Shown: piece after piece, positions 39,590 through 52,408 of the stretch
Layout: the number at the start of each line of letters is the position of its first letter
Numbering within the stretch: the first letter of the stretch is position 1
Made by a program: the position numbers and the translations under genes
NCBI RefSeq assembly: GCF_963921235.1
Contig: NC_086097.1
Location: 67,210,001-67,274,000 of the forward strand
Origin: Mobula hypostoma
Lineage: Eukaryota
Reading direction: 5' to 3'
Length of the DNA: 64,000 nucleotides
The notes under the pieces: generated by a model
What the model saw: the letters and a program-made list of their open reading frames with translations, nothing else
What the model was told of the DNA's origin: nothing
Databases searched by the model: none

Positions 39590-40045
39590 TCCCACACTGA
39601 ATTGTCTGTCCTCAACCTTCTCCTTTGTTATGGAGAGGAGAGGCCAGAGACAATAGTGATGAAAGCATAAGTGACCTCAGGGTATTTCAGCTCAGTAGTT
39701 TTCACCAGCTGTCACTTAAATTTATGTAACCCACACTTTTCTTTCACACCCACCTCCCTGTCTGCCTAGTTTTCTTCTCTGTTTGTTCATCTTTCACATC
39801 TTCCTACCTGCCCCCATCCCAATCCCACCCCCAGTCCCATATGCCAAAAACCAGATCCTCATCTGGCTCCACCTGTCACCAATCAGCCTCTGCCCCAGCC
39901 TTCCCTTCCACTATTATATACCAACGACCTTGTGTTCCACCTCCGTCCTGATCCAAGGCATTGACTCCAAATGTAGACTTGACTTGCACCTTTTGCTTCC
40001 GCAGAGGCTGGGTAACTCTCTGATTTTGTCCAGCATTCTGTTTCT
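39590..40045 (+). mobile_element. Highly degraded Penelope-like 3' fragment
   Basis: Pyrimidine-rich tract and degenerate terminus similar to the reverse complement of 54830-55400. Confidence 0.45.
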
Positions 40046-41109
40046 GTTGTTGACTGAAAATGAGGTAACGCTGATCATAAGAGACTAATCACAGTCTGAG
40101 GCAGTACTCAGCCACGATTTCTGCAGTAGTCAGACTTTTGAAATATAATAAACTAAACCTAAAGGAAGCATTTGCATTTATCAGACACCCTTAAACACCA
40201 TAGGGGAGAGAAAAAAAAAGAACAGTAAACAGGTCAATTGCAGTGATAAATGGACGTGCGGAGTCCTGATCAAACATTTCTTGCTAGGAAAGTGCAAAGC
40301 AAACCCTTGATTGTTGAATACAGTAATGCAAACTTTTGCATTGCTGCTGAATAATTGAATGGTTGTTTCCACCACAGGTGCAGCTTGTGCCAAAGTAAAA
40401 CATCTCTTCCGTCTGTTAACTCATGCACAGTATGGTCCAAACTGTCCCTGCGTGACATCCCTCTTAGCTGTTCTTTTACAGGCAAGTTAAGGGATTCTTG
40501 TGAAGAAACTCATTGCTGCCACTAATATTTGTGGAGAAACAATAATTGGAACAGCTGTTATAAGGCTCATAACCCTAAGTGACAACTGGTGAAAAATATT
40601 ATTCTGAACTAGCCTGAGGTCACTTGTGTTAACAGCACTAGTGTCTTTTATGTAAATCTTTGTTTCTATCTCAGCTCTGTGTAAATCTGAATCTTCACTT
40701 TCATGGCTGTACTTTTTACTTATTATCTTGCATGCCCCTACATTGAACTATAATGGCATGTCATCATTTTCAGTGGCTGCTGGAAAAGGTAGAACGTAAT
40801 TGGCACTAAACTCAACCACATTCCATGTTATGTCACTTTCAGCAGGCTGATGGAGACCAATTATCAGTCCTATCTATGCCTGTGTAATCTAGATCAAAAT
40901 AACTAAAAGTAAACCTAAATAAGAGAGGGATTGGTACGCCTAGTCATTCAGAAAAAGTGTTTGGTTAGCACGTAGTATGTTGACTAAAATTGGAATTTTC
41001 CCTGTTTACATTGTTTACAGTACTCATTTTTCTTAAATTGCTGTGTTAAACTTCATGTGAATTGTGATCTATCATATGTTGAATATTGATGATGCACTTA
41101 CGAGTAAAT

Positions 41110-41133
41110 TGTGTGTGTGTGTGTGTGAGAGAG
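41110..41133. repeat. (TG)n(AG)n microsatellite
   Basis: TGTGTGTGTGTGTGTGTGAGAGAG. Confidence 0.9.
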
Positions 41134-41269
41134 AATTACCCATAGGACAACTCTGCCATCCGTATAGGCCATATTAAAACCAAGCAATGTTAAAAAATAT
41201 AACAAAACTAAAATAAGTAAATTCTGAAGAAATCACAAGATGACATGCCCATGATCTCAGTCTTGGTCC

Positions 41270-43810
41270 TATATTATGGAAACAGGCCTTTTGGCCCAAC
41301 TTGTCCGTGCTTATTGTACTACCCAATGAGCTAGTCCTATCTGCCCATGTATGGGCCTTTAGACTTCTAAACTTCTCCTACCCATTTGCTTATCTAGATG
41401 ACTTTAAAATGTTGCTAATGTGCACACCTGAATCACTGTTTGGCAGCTCATTCCGAATATAAGGTATAGAAGCAGAATTTGGTTATTCAGCCCATCAGGT
41501 CTGCTCCACCGTTTGATCATGGTTAATTTAGTTTACTTGTTAATCCCATTATCCTGTTTTCTCCCTGTAACCTTTCATGCCCTGACCAATCAAGAACCTA
41601 TCAATTTCTGCTTTAAATATGTCCAGTGACTTGGGGTCCATAGCCGTCTGTAGCCCCCTGGTAAGCCTCAGGGTCGCTCAACTCGCTTTCGTCTAGGGAA
41701 GCAGCCTTCGGCCCTGCCAAACTCTGTAATCAAGTTTGTGTGGATGCTGTGTGATGTACCCCACCCTGCCAAATAACAGACAATACACCACATGCAATTA
41801 AATGATTATAATTTATGGATATTACTGGAACTATGTAATTAATAGAGATAAAATATAAAAGGAAAATAAAAGGTGCTAAACTTATCAAAGTTCAACCACT
41901 TCATGCACAACAGTAGGAGCTCGATTTACGGAGTCTTCTGTCCACCATTCAATCCCCTCCGACCGCCTGGGACCAACCACGGTGGTCGACCAGACGCTCC
42001 ACACTAGTCTGTCTTTGTCTCCTCTCCTCGCCGACCTCCCTGGGCCTCGGACTCCTGCTCGGAGTCTGTCCCGCCGCTCAGCTTACAGCATCGCGTCTTC
42101 TCTCTCTGCCCCCATCCACCTTCTGCCCCACAGCCCGTGAAAAACAACAGCTTACAGACACATAAGAAAGAATAACATCTATCCCAATTGGTTCGTTCCT
42201 CCTCTTATCAATAATATAATCCAAACAAGCAGAGAGAGAGAACTCCTTACACCGCAGTTATTATTACAGAAAAGCCATTTTGATTATAACATAACAAAGA
42301 AGCCATTTTGTTAGGCTTTGCAGTAACATAAAAGAAGAAACCCCTTACACGTCTATGATAACATAGTCTACAGATTCACCACCCTTTGGCTAAAGCAAAT
42401 CCTCCTCATCTCTGTTCCAAAGGGATGCCCTTGTATTCCGAGGCTGTGCCCTCTGCTTCTAGATTCTCCCACTATTGGAAAATTCCTTTCCACATTCACT
42501 CTATCCAGGCCTTTCAATATTTGACAGGTTTCATTGAGATCACCCACCCTTCATTCTTCTAAACTCCATTGAGTAAAAACCCAGAGTTATGAAACACTAC
42601 TCGTATGTTAACCCTTTCATTCCTGGAATCATTCTCATGAACCTCCTCTGGGCTTTCTCCAATGGCAGCATATCCTTCATTAGATATGGGACCCAAAACC
42701 GCTCGCAATGCTCCAAATGCTGTCTGACCAATTCTTTATAAGGCCTCAGCATTACATCCTTACTTTTATATTCCAGTCCTTTCAAAATGAATGCTAACAT
42801 TACATTTGCCTTCCTTACCACTGGCTCAACCTGCAAGCTAATCTTTAGGGAATCCTGCACAAGGGCTTTCATGTTCCTTTGCACAAACAATTTCTGAATT
42901 TTCTGCCTATTTAGAAAATAAACCATGCCTTTATTCTTTCTACTGAAGTACATGACCACACAATTTCCTACACTTTATTCCCATTCTCCCTGCTTCCTCA
43001 ACACCACCTGCCCCTCCACCTATCTTTATATCATTTGCAAATTTGGCCACAGATCGTTAACAGATATTGTGAACAACAGTGGACCTATTACCACTAGTCA
43101 CCAGCAGCTAACCAAAAGGTCCTTTTTATTCCCACTTTGTCTCCTGCCAGCCAGCCAATCTTCTCTCCTTGCTAGTATTTTTCCTGTAATACCATGGGCT
43201 TGTTTAATGTGTGGCACTTTGATAAAGGTCTTCTGAAAATCCAAGCAAACAACATCCATTGACTCTCCTTTGTCTATTTTGCTTGTTATTTCCTCAAAGA
43301 ATTCCAACAGATTTGTCAGATTAGATTTCCCCTAAAGGAAACCATGTTGACTTCGGCCTATTTTATCATGTCTCCAAGTACCCCGAAACCTCATCCTTAA
43401 TAATGGACTCTAACATTTTTCCAACCTCTGAAGTCGGGCTAACTGACCTCTAATTTCTTGTCTTTTGCCACTTCCTCCTTTAAAAGTGGAGGGACATTTG
43501 CAATTTTTCAATTCTCCAGAACTATTCTGGACTCTAGTGATTTTTGAACAATCACTGCTGATGCCTCCACGATCTCTTTAACCACCTCTTTCAGAACCCT
43601 GGGGTGTAGTCCATCTGGTCCAGGTGATTTATCAACTTTCAGACCTTTCAGCTTCCCAAGCACGATCTCCTTCGTAACAGCTACTACATGCACTTCTGTC
43701 CCCTGACACTTGAGTTTCTGGCACATTGCTGGTGTCTTTCACAGTGAAGACTAACACAAAATACTTATTCAATTTGTCCACCATATCTTTGTCCTCTATC
43801 ACTACCTCTC
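41270..43810 (-). mobile_element. CR1 LINE(s) interrupted by a solo LTR
   Basis: KSPGPDGLHPRVLKEV, MDVVCLDFQKTFIKVPH and YKELVRQHLEHCERFW. 3' UTRs at 41270-41640. Confidence 0.9.
41649..42349. mobile_element. Solo LTR (701 bp), ERV/Gypsy-type
   Basis: TG...CA termini (TGTAG...TTACA), 4-bp TSD CGTC (41645-41648, 42350-42353). CR1 sequence resumes on both sides. Confidence 0.85.
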
Positions 43811-44245
43811 AGTGAAAGACAGCCCAACTGGGGCCTGCATTCTGGTTGAATAACAAACTGTGCAAATACAAAAAAGAAGAAACAACACTGATAAATAAAT
43901 AAGCAATAATTATTGAGAACATGAGATGAAGAGTCTTTGAAAGTGAGTCCATTGGTTGTGGAAAAATTTCAATGATGGAGCAAGTGAAGTTGAGTGAAGT
44001 TATCCCCTTTGATTCAAGAGCCTGATGGTTGAGGGGTAGTAACTGTTCCTGAACCTGGTGGTGTGAGTCCTGAGGCTTTTCTACCCTCTTCCTGATGGCA
44101 GCAGTGAGAAGAGAGCATGTTCTTGGTGTTGGGGTCCCTGATGAATGATGCTGCATTTCAGCGTTTCATGCAGATGAGCTCAATGGTTGGCAGGGCTTTA
44201 CCTGTGATGGTCTGGGCTGTATCCAATACTTTTTGTAGGATCCGT
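43810..44245 (-). mobile_element. Rex1/Babar 3' fragment
   Basis: Homologous to 28990-29270. Confidence 0.8.
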
Positions 44246-44689
44246 TCCAGAGAAATATTTGTTTAACTCAGTCATTCAAATTTCTCTGCAAGATGCAATG
44301 ATATTTCTGCAAACCGAAATCCCACCTGGCAGAAGATGCTGCAGGCTCACAGCAGCCATCCCCTGGGTTTCCCAAATGTGCATTCATATGTATGGGTTGT
44401 ACTTAACATGGGGTGGGGGGGGGGGAAGAAGGAAGATCTGTAGATATTTGTGTTTAAAACAAAACAATGCTTCTGGAAGCTGAGATGGAGGAGGTAATTT
44501 GAAAGATTTTTCAGAGACAGGATGTACATATTGTTATGATAGGCACAGATCTGATGAGAGATTTTGTTATCTGATGAAAGTTTACACAATAATTTCCTCT
44601 AGGATTGTGCTGCAACTACCAGGGCTTTTTATTTTTTAAAAAATGACTTTCAGAATATTTCCTTCATTTTTCGTGGCAATTTTAAATTG

Positions 44690-45292
44690 ATGAGATGGGC
44701 GATGGGGTGTTGAAGGTATATAAGACATTTGTGAGGCCAAATTTGGAGTATTGTGTGAAGTTTTGGTCACCTACCTACAGGAAAGATGTAAATAAAGTTG
44801 AAAGAGTACAGAGAAAACTTACAAGGATGTTTCTGGGTCCGGAGGACCTGAGTTTTAAGGAAAGATTGAATAGGTTAGGACTTTATTCCTTGGAACGTAG
44901 AAGATTGAGAGGAGATTCGATAGAAGTATATAAAATGATGAGGGGTACAGAAAAGGTAAATGCAAACAGGCTTTTCCCATTGAGGTTGGGTGGGACTACA
45001 AGCAGAGGTCATGGGTTAAGGGTGAAAGGTGAAAAGTTTAAGGGAACATGAGGGGAAACTTCTTCACTCAGAGGGCCGTGAGAGTGTGGAAGGAGCTGCC
45101 AGCACAAATGGTGCATGAGAGCTCAATTTCAACATTTAAGAGAAGTTTGAATAGGTACATGGATGATAGGGGTACGGAGGGCTATGGTCCCAGTGCAGGT
45201 CGATGGAAGTAGGCAATTTAAATGGCTCAGCATGGACTAGATGGACTGAAGGGCCTGATTCTGTGCTGTACTTTTCTATGACTCTATGAGAC
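44690..45292 (+). mobile_element. CR1 LINE 3' end
   Basis: YKTFVRPNLEYCVKFWSPTYRKDVNKVERVQRK...LERRRLRGD; ACTCTATG tail. Confidence 0.92.
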
Positions 45293-46199
45293 TCCCTAAC
45301 CAGAGATAATGGTCTTTCTCTTGCCACTCTTTTAAAATTCATCACAAATTCTAAAAAAAACTGAAAACTCCCCAAGCTTTTGTTAATTATTCTGTTTGCT
45401 GAGCTTCAGGTTCAGTAAATTTGTTCTTTATTTCACTGATTCTCTTGTCTGAAAGGATGACTTGAAAAACATTCGGGTTGGGTAGTTGTTCTGTGATGGA
45501 AGGTGGAAGGTGGAAGGCAGGCAGCACGAACAGATTGAACAAGTATACCCAGAGCAGCATGGTTGTTAAGAACTGTCTTGAAACTGAGTTATTTCTTTCC
45601 TATTATTCTGATAAGCCTACATCAGATTATAGAAAATAAATCATTATTTTAGTAATGAGAAGCCCAAAACTTAATAGTTGTGTGTGATTTTTTTTATATA
45701 TTTGTGTTCTGGCAATTAATAACTGGTTGGACTTGCCTTATCTGTCCTTGCATTTCAGAAATTAGCATATTGTCAGTCAGCATTTTTCTACAGTCTTCAG
45801 GTAGTTAATGTATTTGAACTCTGCGGTTATTTTGCATGTTTTTTTTCAGGAGCTATTCAACTTTTACAGCAGTAACATGCTTCCTGGAGGTTTCACATTG
45901 AAATCAATCAGCAAGCACAGAAATCACTGGTTGGCTGATTTTGAATACATTAAGGTAGTTTGAAATTGATGAGTAGCTTGTTTGGAAATAGATGCCACAG
46001 GCAAATAAATTTACTTAAAAAGAAGATTGAATAATCCAGTTTCTTTGTATGTTAAGTTATTGCTTTCAAACTGATTTATTTTTTTTATTAGTGCTGAGCA
46101 AAGGGGAGAAAGCAGCAAGGTTATTAGTGAAGACTAGGGGAATGGAACTAATTGGTCTACTCCTTCAAGGAGCTAGTACTGGAACGATGGGCCAAATGC

Positions 46200-47270
46200 A
46201 TTCTTTCTGCTGCATGATTCTATGAAACATGCCATTGTCGCATTGTACTCAGCCAATTCTTCAGTGGTGTTAGGGAATGGTATATCTGGCCACTATATCT
46301 GTGAAACAGGCAGCTCATGTCTAAGTGGCTCTATCTGCTTCTTTCACCTCCCCTGCCAGCATGTTCCAGCCACCTACTGCTCTCTGTGTAGAAATAAAAC
46401 ATGACTACTATATGTTCCTTAACCTTCTGCCTTCTCACCTTAAATCTTTGCCCTCTAATATTTGACATTTCCACCTTGGGGAAAAGGCTCGGACAGTTTA
46501 TCCTATGTATGCCTCTCATAATGTTCTACACCTCTATGAGATTGTCACTCAGCCTCTAACACCCCAGAGAAAACCAATCACGTTTATCCATTCTGATACA
46601 TTCTCATCCAGGCAAGGTCCTGAGAACCTCTTCTGAACCCATTCCAAATCTTCCATGTCCTTCCTATAGTGTGCTGACCAGAACTATACACAATACTCCA
46701 AATGTAGCCAAACCAACATTTTATACAACTGCAAAATTACTTGCCAACTTTTATACTCTTGATAGAGGCAAGTATCCTAGTGCTTATTTAGCACCCTATT
46801 CACTTCAGGGAGCTATGGACTTATACCCCAGGATTCCTCTGTGCATCTATGCTCCTAAAGGTCCATGACATTTACTATAAACTTTTTGTACTTGACCTCC
46901 CAAAATACATCACCTCACACTTGTCCAGATGAAACTCCATCTGCCATTTCTCTTTCTAAGTTTCCAACTGATCTACTGTATATCTTGGCTGTAGTAACAA
47001 ACAAAAGGCTGGAGGAACTCAGCTGGTTAGGAACCAGTCTTGGCCTGAAATACCAGCTGTCTACCTCCATCCACAGATGCTGCCTGACCCACTGAGTTCC
47101 TCCAGTGTTTTTGTGTATTACTCCAGAATCCAGCATTGTGTTTTGCTATCTTGCTATATCCTTTGATTTCCAAACCAGAGTTATAATGAACTCTCACGTT
47201 ATCTGCAAATTTATGAATTGGACCACCTAGATTAATATATATTGCAAACATCAGAGGCCCCAGCACTCTT
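46200..47270 (-). mobile_element. Degraded CR1 3' part with a nested Penelope-terminus fragment
   Basis: LGPLMFAIYI...KFAD; SLFPKVEMSNIRGQRFKVR. Confidence 0.7.
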
Positions 47271-48019
47271 TTTGTTGCTAATTAAATGCAGCATGTGAGA
47301 ATAACTTTTCCCAGTGCTTACATTTAACATGATTACTTCAAACTCAGATTCACTACATAGTCTGAACATTTACTTAACTCTTTAGTTACACAACTCTGTA
47401 TACAATTTGCATTTAGATATTACCTTCAAGGTAAACGCGGCCAGGACTCGACATGGGGAATTCTTTCCTGAGTCCCTGACTCAGTGTAGGCTTCTTGACT
47501 GTTGGTCTTTGCAGTTATTGTGTCTTGTCATCTCATAAGGTACCTTTATGTACACTTCTTTACATAATTTACAGAAGATTATACTGCTACAAGTTCAGAC
47601 CTTATCCACATCAGTATGATGTTTCTTTAATCCCCTCAAATTCCTGCTAGCACCATTCCACAATTACTTCAGCCACTGGTTCTTTAAATATAAAATGTTT
47701 ATTTGAGCTTTTACATTTTATCAGACTGTCATTTTCACAAGATGTCAGTAGCCAAAACATTCTTATCTGCTGGTTCTCTTCTCCAGGTAGTGGGATATTT
47801 CACAGGTTTGTAAAAGTAACTCACTCTTGTTCTCACTTTGACCTTCCTTCACGTTTCGTGGTTACCAGCAGTTCTCTCTAGCCAGCAGTGTCCTTTCAGA
47901 GCTTGATAGTTCAAAATTCAAAGTAAATTTATTATCAAAGTTACAAACATGAGAAAGTCTGAAGATACTGGAAATCGAAAGCAACACACAGAAAATGCTG
48001 GAGGAACTGTCACAATCTG

Positions 48020-49045
48020 TGTGAACTGGTAATAACATCTCCTCCTCACTGATGATCAACACTGGTGCACCTCAGGGATGTGTGCTTAGCCCACTGCTCG
48101 ACTCTCTCTATACCCATGACTGTGTGGCTAGGCACAGCTCAAATGCCAGCTATAAATTTGCTGATGATACAACCATCATTGGTAGAATCTCAGATGGAGA
48201 CAAGAGGATGTACAGGAATGAGAATACCAGCTGGATGAGTGGTGGTGTAGCAACATCCTGGCACTCATTGTCATAAGACCAAAGAGCTGATTGTGGACTT
48301 CAGAAAATGTAAGACAAGGGAACACAAACCAATCCTCATAGAGGGATCGGAAATGGAGAGAGTGAGCAATTTCAAGTTCCTGGGTGTCGATATCTCTGAG
48401 GAACTAACCTGGTCCCAACATATCGATGCAGTTATAAAGAAGGCAAGACAGTGGCTATATTTCATCAAGAGTGTGTGGAGATTTGGTTTGTCACCTAAAG
48501 TACTCAAAACCTACAGATGTGCTGTGAAGAGCAATCTAACAGGCCACATTACCATCTGGTATGGGGCGGGGGGGAGTGGTGCTGGCTACCGTACAGGATT
48601 GAAACAAGCTACAGAAAGTTGCAAATTTCGTCAGCTCCATCATGGGTACTAGCCTCCGTAGTACCCAAGATATCTTCAAGGGGTGATGCTTTTACAGTGG
48701 CGTCTATTATTAAGGGCCCCCATCACCCAGGACATGCCCTCTTCTCACTGTTACCATCAGGTAGGAAGTACAGAAGCCTGAAGGCACACTCTCATTGATT
48801 CAGGAACGGCTTCTTCCCCTCTGCCATATGATTCCTAAGTGGACATTGAACCCATGAACACTACCTCACTTTTAAAAAATTAGTCCTGTTTTTGCAATAC
48901 TATTCTCAATTTAACCATTTTATATACGTATTTACTGTAATTCATTAATTTTATTCTATATTTATCACATGCTGCATTGTACTGTTGCTACTGAGTTAAC
49001 TAATTTCATGACATATGCTGGTGATGAAATTTGATTCTGATTCTG
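48020..49045 (+). mobile_element. Rex1/Babar LINE RT C-terminal part and 3' tail
   Basis: INTGAPQGCVLSPLL...KFADDTTIIG, FKFLGVDISEELTWSQH; TTCTGA tail. Confidence 0.92.
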
Positions 49046-49820
49046 AGCTCAGCACGTCAGGCAGCATCAATGGAAAAGGCTAAACAGTCGAGGTTTTGGG
49101 CCGAGACCCTTCATCAGGACTGAGAAAGAAGAGGGAAGATGCCAGAATAAAAAGGTTAGGGGGAGGGGAAGGAGGCTGGCTGGAAGGTGATAGATGAAGC
49201 CAGGTGGATGTGAAAGGTCAAGGGCTGGAGAAGAAAGATTATGATAGGAGAAGAGAGTGGACCATAAGAGAAAGGGAAAGAGGAGGGGACCCAGGGGGAA
49301 GTAATAGGCAGGGGAGAAGAAGTGAAAGATCAGAGTGGGGAGTAGGGGGGTGGGGGGAGAAATTGATATTCATGCCACCAAGTTGGAGGCTACCCAGGTG
49401 GAATACAGGGTGTTGCTCCTCCACCCTGAGGGAGGCCATGGATCGACACATTGGAACAGGGATGGGAATTGGAGCTAAAATGTTTAGCCTCTGGGAAGTC
49501 CTGTTTGTGGCGGATGGAGCGTAGGTGCTCGATGAAGTGGCCCCCGAATTTACGATGAGTGTCTCCAATGCAGAGGAGGCCTCATCGGGATCTCTGGACA
49601 CAATTGACGATCACCAGCAGATTCACAGGTGAAGTGTTGCCTCACCTGGAAGGACTGTCTGGGGCCCCGAATGGAGGTGGGGGAGGAGGTGTATGGGCGG
49701 GTGTGGTGCTTAGGCTGCTTGCTGGGTTAAGTGCTGGGAGGATTAGTGGGGAGGGACGAATGGACAATGGAATCACAGTAGCAGTGATCCCTGCAGAAAG
49801 CTGGGGGAAGGTAAAGATGA
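49046..49820 (-). mobile_element. Older Penelope-like 3' fragment
   Basis: LRVEEQHPVFHLGSLQLGGMNINFS (GIY-YIG C-terminus); degenerate hammerhead at 49086-49121 (GAAA>AAAA). Confidence 0.85.
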
Positions 49821-50726
49821 TCAAAGTACATATGAATATGTCAGCATATACAACCCTGAGATTCGTTTACTTGTGGGCGTACACAGTAAATCCAAGAAAC
49901 TCAATAGAATCAATGAAAGACTGCACCCAACAGAATGGACAAATAACCGATGTGCAAAGTCAATCAACTGTGCGAATACAAAAGAGAAAAAAACCAATAA
50001 ATATTGAGAATATGAGATGAAGAATCTTTGAAAGTGAGTTCATAGATTGAGGGAACAGTTCAGTAGGTAGAAAGGATACTCGACATCTCTGTCTGGCTAC
50101 TACTTTGGTACTAACCTCCTATAATGTTCCTGTAATTGCACGTCGAATGTTCTTATGACTATAATGTAACTTCAGATGTTCTGAAACAAATCTGCTGTAT
50201 CCTCTCTTTGACTGCACAATGGATTTTAGATAGCACTATTATCAGGGCTATATGCTGCATTTTGCATCAGGTCTTTTCTAGACCCCAGTAATATTGTTGA
50301 CTGGCTGGGTTCCGAGCAAGAACTCAATGTTTCCGCCTCCAAGAGACTTTCATTACCCAACCTGCCTCATTGTTTTCAATAGTGAGTGCTTTCTCTGACA
50401 GCTGAAATAATAGCTATTCTGAAAATATTGCTGATATTTTGAAATAAAATTTCTGTTTACACCTTTACCTTATGAATTTGAATGTATTTATATCCAGTAC
50501 ATTAGGATTAAATTTTAGCGGTTTGAGTATGGCAGGTGAGTACAATTCTGGCTGGTAGCCAGTTGGCTAATCAGAACCAAAAGCATCAAGCTATAGTCTT
50601 CTGTCTAGGAATGATTACTCTGTAAATTGGGTATGGCGAAGAAGTTTGGCAGGGAAGGAATCCTTAAACACTTGACATATGTTTTCATTATCATGAAGAC
50701 AAACTAAAACTGAGAGAAAAAAAATG

Positions 50727-50927
50727 TGTTACATTTGTGGTGCTGGGAAGCCGGATGGCTGTGAATGACTCACATGAGAGACAGAGAGGTGAGGCAGAAA
50801 CATGCAGCTGCTTATTTTGCTTGTAAGTCAGCTACCCAGATGCCTTCTCACGTTACATTCAGTATGTAACACACAGGGAAGCCTGACAGCAATCTGTAAG
50901 GGTCAAAATATACATGAATACATAACA
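50727..50927 (-). repeat. 3' LTR (201 bp)
   Basis: TGTTA...TAACA, adjacent to the PPT; aligns end to end with 56961-57161. Confidence 0.9.
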
Positions 50928-51249
50928 TATCCCCCCGCTTATCTTAAAGGTTTCTCACCTTCCCATACACAGTCCAGCTACTGAACTATTAACATTCAAT
51001 GGAGCACTCATTAAATTCAACAGGCAACAAAAGACATTTATATAAACTAGAGAAAGAGGCTAGAATGGCTCTATTTCCGGACATAACCCTAGGGATTATA
51101 ACCCATATGCTGAGGGTTAGTCACTAAACTAGACTGGAGGCCGCCTGTTCCTGTGAATGTACTAACAACCTGGGGATGTTGTGGAAGTCATTTTATTTCT
51201 TGGTGGTGTATGTATAGATCTGAACTTGGGTGTTGCATTGCCAGTAGGG

Positions 51250-52408
51250 GGCACCACCAGGTGATGGATGAATGGCCTTGCTGATTAAGGACTGGTGTGT
51301 GATGATTCTGACTGCCAAGCAGCTCACATAGACCATCTGGGGATGGAGGCCGCATTACAGGAGCAGTAGAATTTGAGAGGGTTTTGATTGCAAAGGCAAG
51401 GTGCCACTTTCCTTTATACTATTAAAAAGCTTATTGAAAGCAGTCATATCTGTGATTTTTTTTTGTATTTGTTTAGGACCGGATGATGCAGTTAGTCTGT
51501 TTCAGATGTTCCACCATGAACAGGGTGGCAAGCTTCCTCTCAGGTTTCATTTCGAGACCTTTCAGTTCTGCTTCCACCTCTTCCACAGACAAAACCACTC
51601 CGCCCATGAACTCCAGGTTCTTCTTGTTGGCAGTGAGACTGGACAGCAGTGTTTTCACACCACATTTCCCTTTCACAGTATTTCTAAACTATCAACCTTT
51701 TTATTAATCTCCTTATTATCTTCTCGTGCTGGAATGGAAACAAAAGTAGTTTCCAAGCTGTGAAACGAGAGTTGAGATCCTTTGGTCCAGACTAGCAAGT
51801 CTCTCAAGTTCTTCATGTAGGGTAGGCCGTAGGCTACTGGAGCGACAATCTGTAAGTTATTTGAAAGCCATTGACTGAACTGGCTGGATGACACTGATTC
51901 TTCACCAAGCACCTCATCAATCATCAGTGCTAGTCCAGGTACACTTGTTTCATGTTGAAGAACTCACTGGAATCAAGGTTCCCCAATGAGGGTTCAGTCA
52001 AGACTGCTTCTCATGGAACTTCTTGCTCAGCTTCTGATGCAGAAGCAGTAGGTATCTCTTCTTGGGCAGCACCATTGCATTCTACACCTTCTTTAAGGGT
52101 TTCTGATTGCTTCCTCCACCCCCTTGTCCATCTTGGATTCTCCAATAACACTTTATCAAAGCCTGTCAGCTTTACTGTTTCTGATTGACTAGTAGGGCCA
52201 GAGAAAACCATTGTGGTTCCTTTTCAGTATAGGAATCACATCGCCTCTGCTCACCAAAAATGTGTTTACCATCACCAAACTCTCTCCTAAAGCACTTTTC
52301 CTCGAAGTCTCATTTCCTTCCTTCTTGAGCATGTCTGTCACGCAAGTCTCTGTCTCTGCCATCACGATCAAAGGTTCTTGGTGTTCAAATTTTCCCACAA
52401 AGATTTTC
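51250..52408 (-). pseudogene. eif4enif1: Processed EIF4ENIF1 (4E-T) retrocopy, downstream part
   Basis: Collinear motifs across frameshifts: FRREFGDGKHIFGEQRRCDSYTEKEPQWFS/GPTSQSETVKLTGFDK, KEGVECNG, EQEVP, EFFNM..VPGLALMIDEVLGEESVSSSQFSQWLSN, HEELERLA, LLSSLTANK, GVVLSVEEVEAELKGL, FMVEHLKQT, DMTAFNKL..SGTLP. All match human 4E-T as recalled. The downstream boundary is approximate. Confidence 0.9.
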
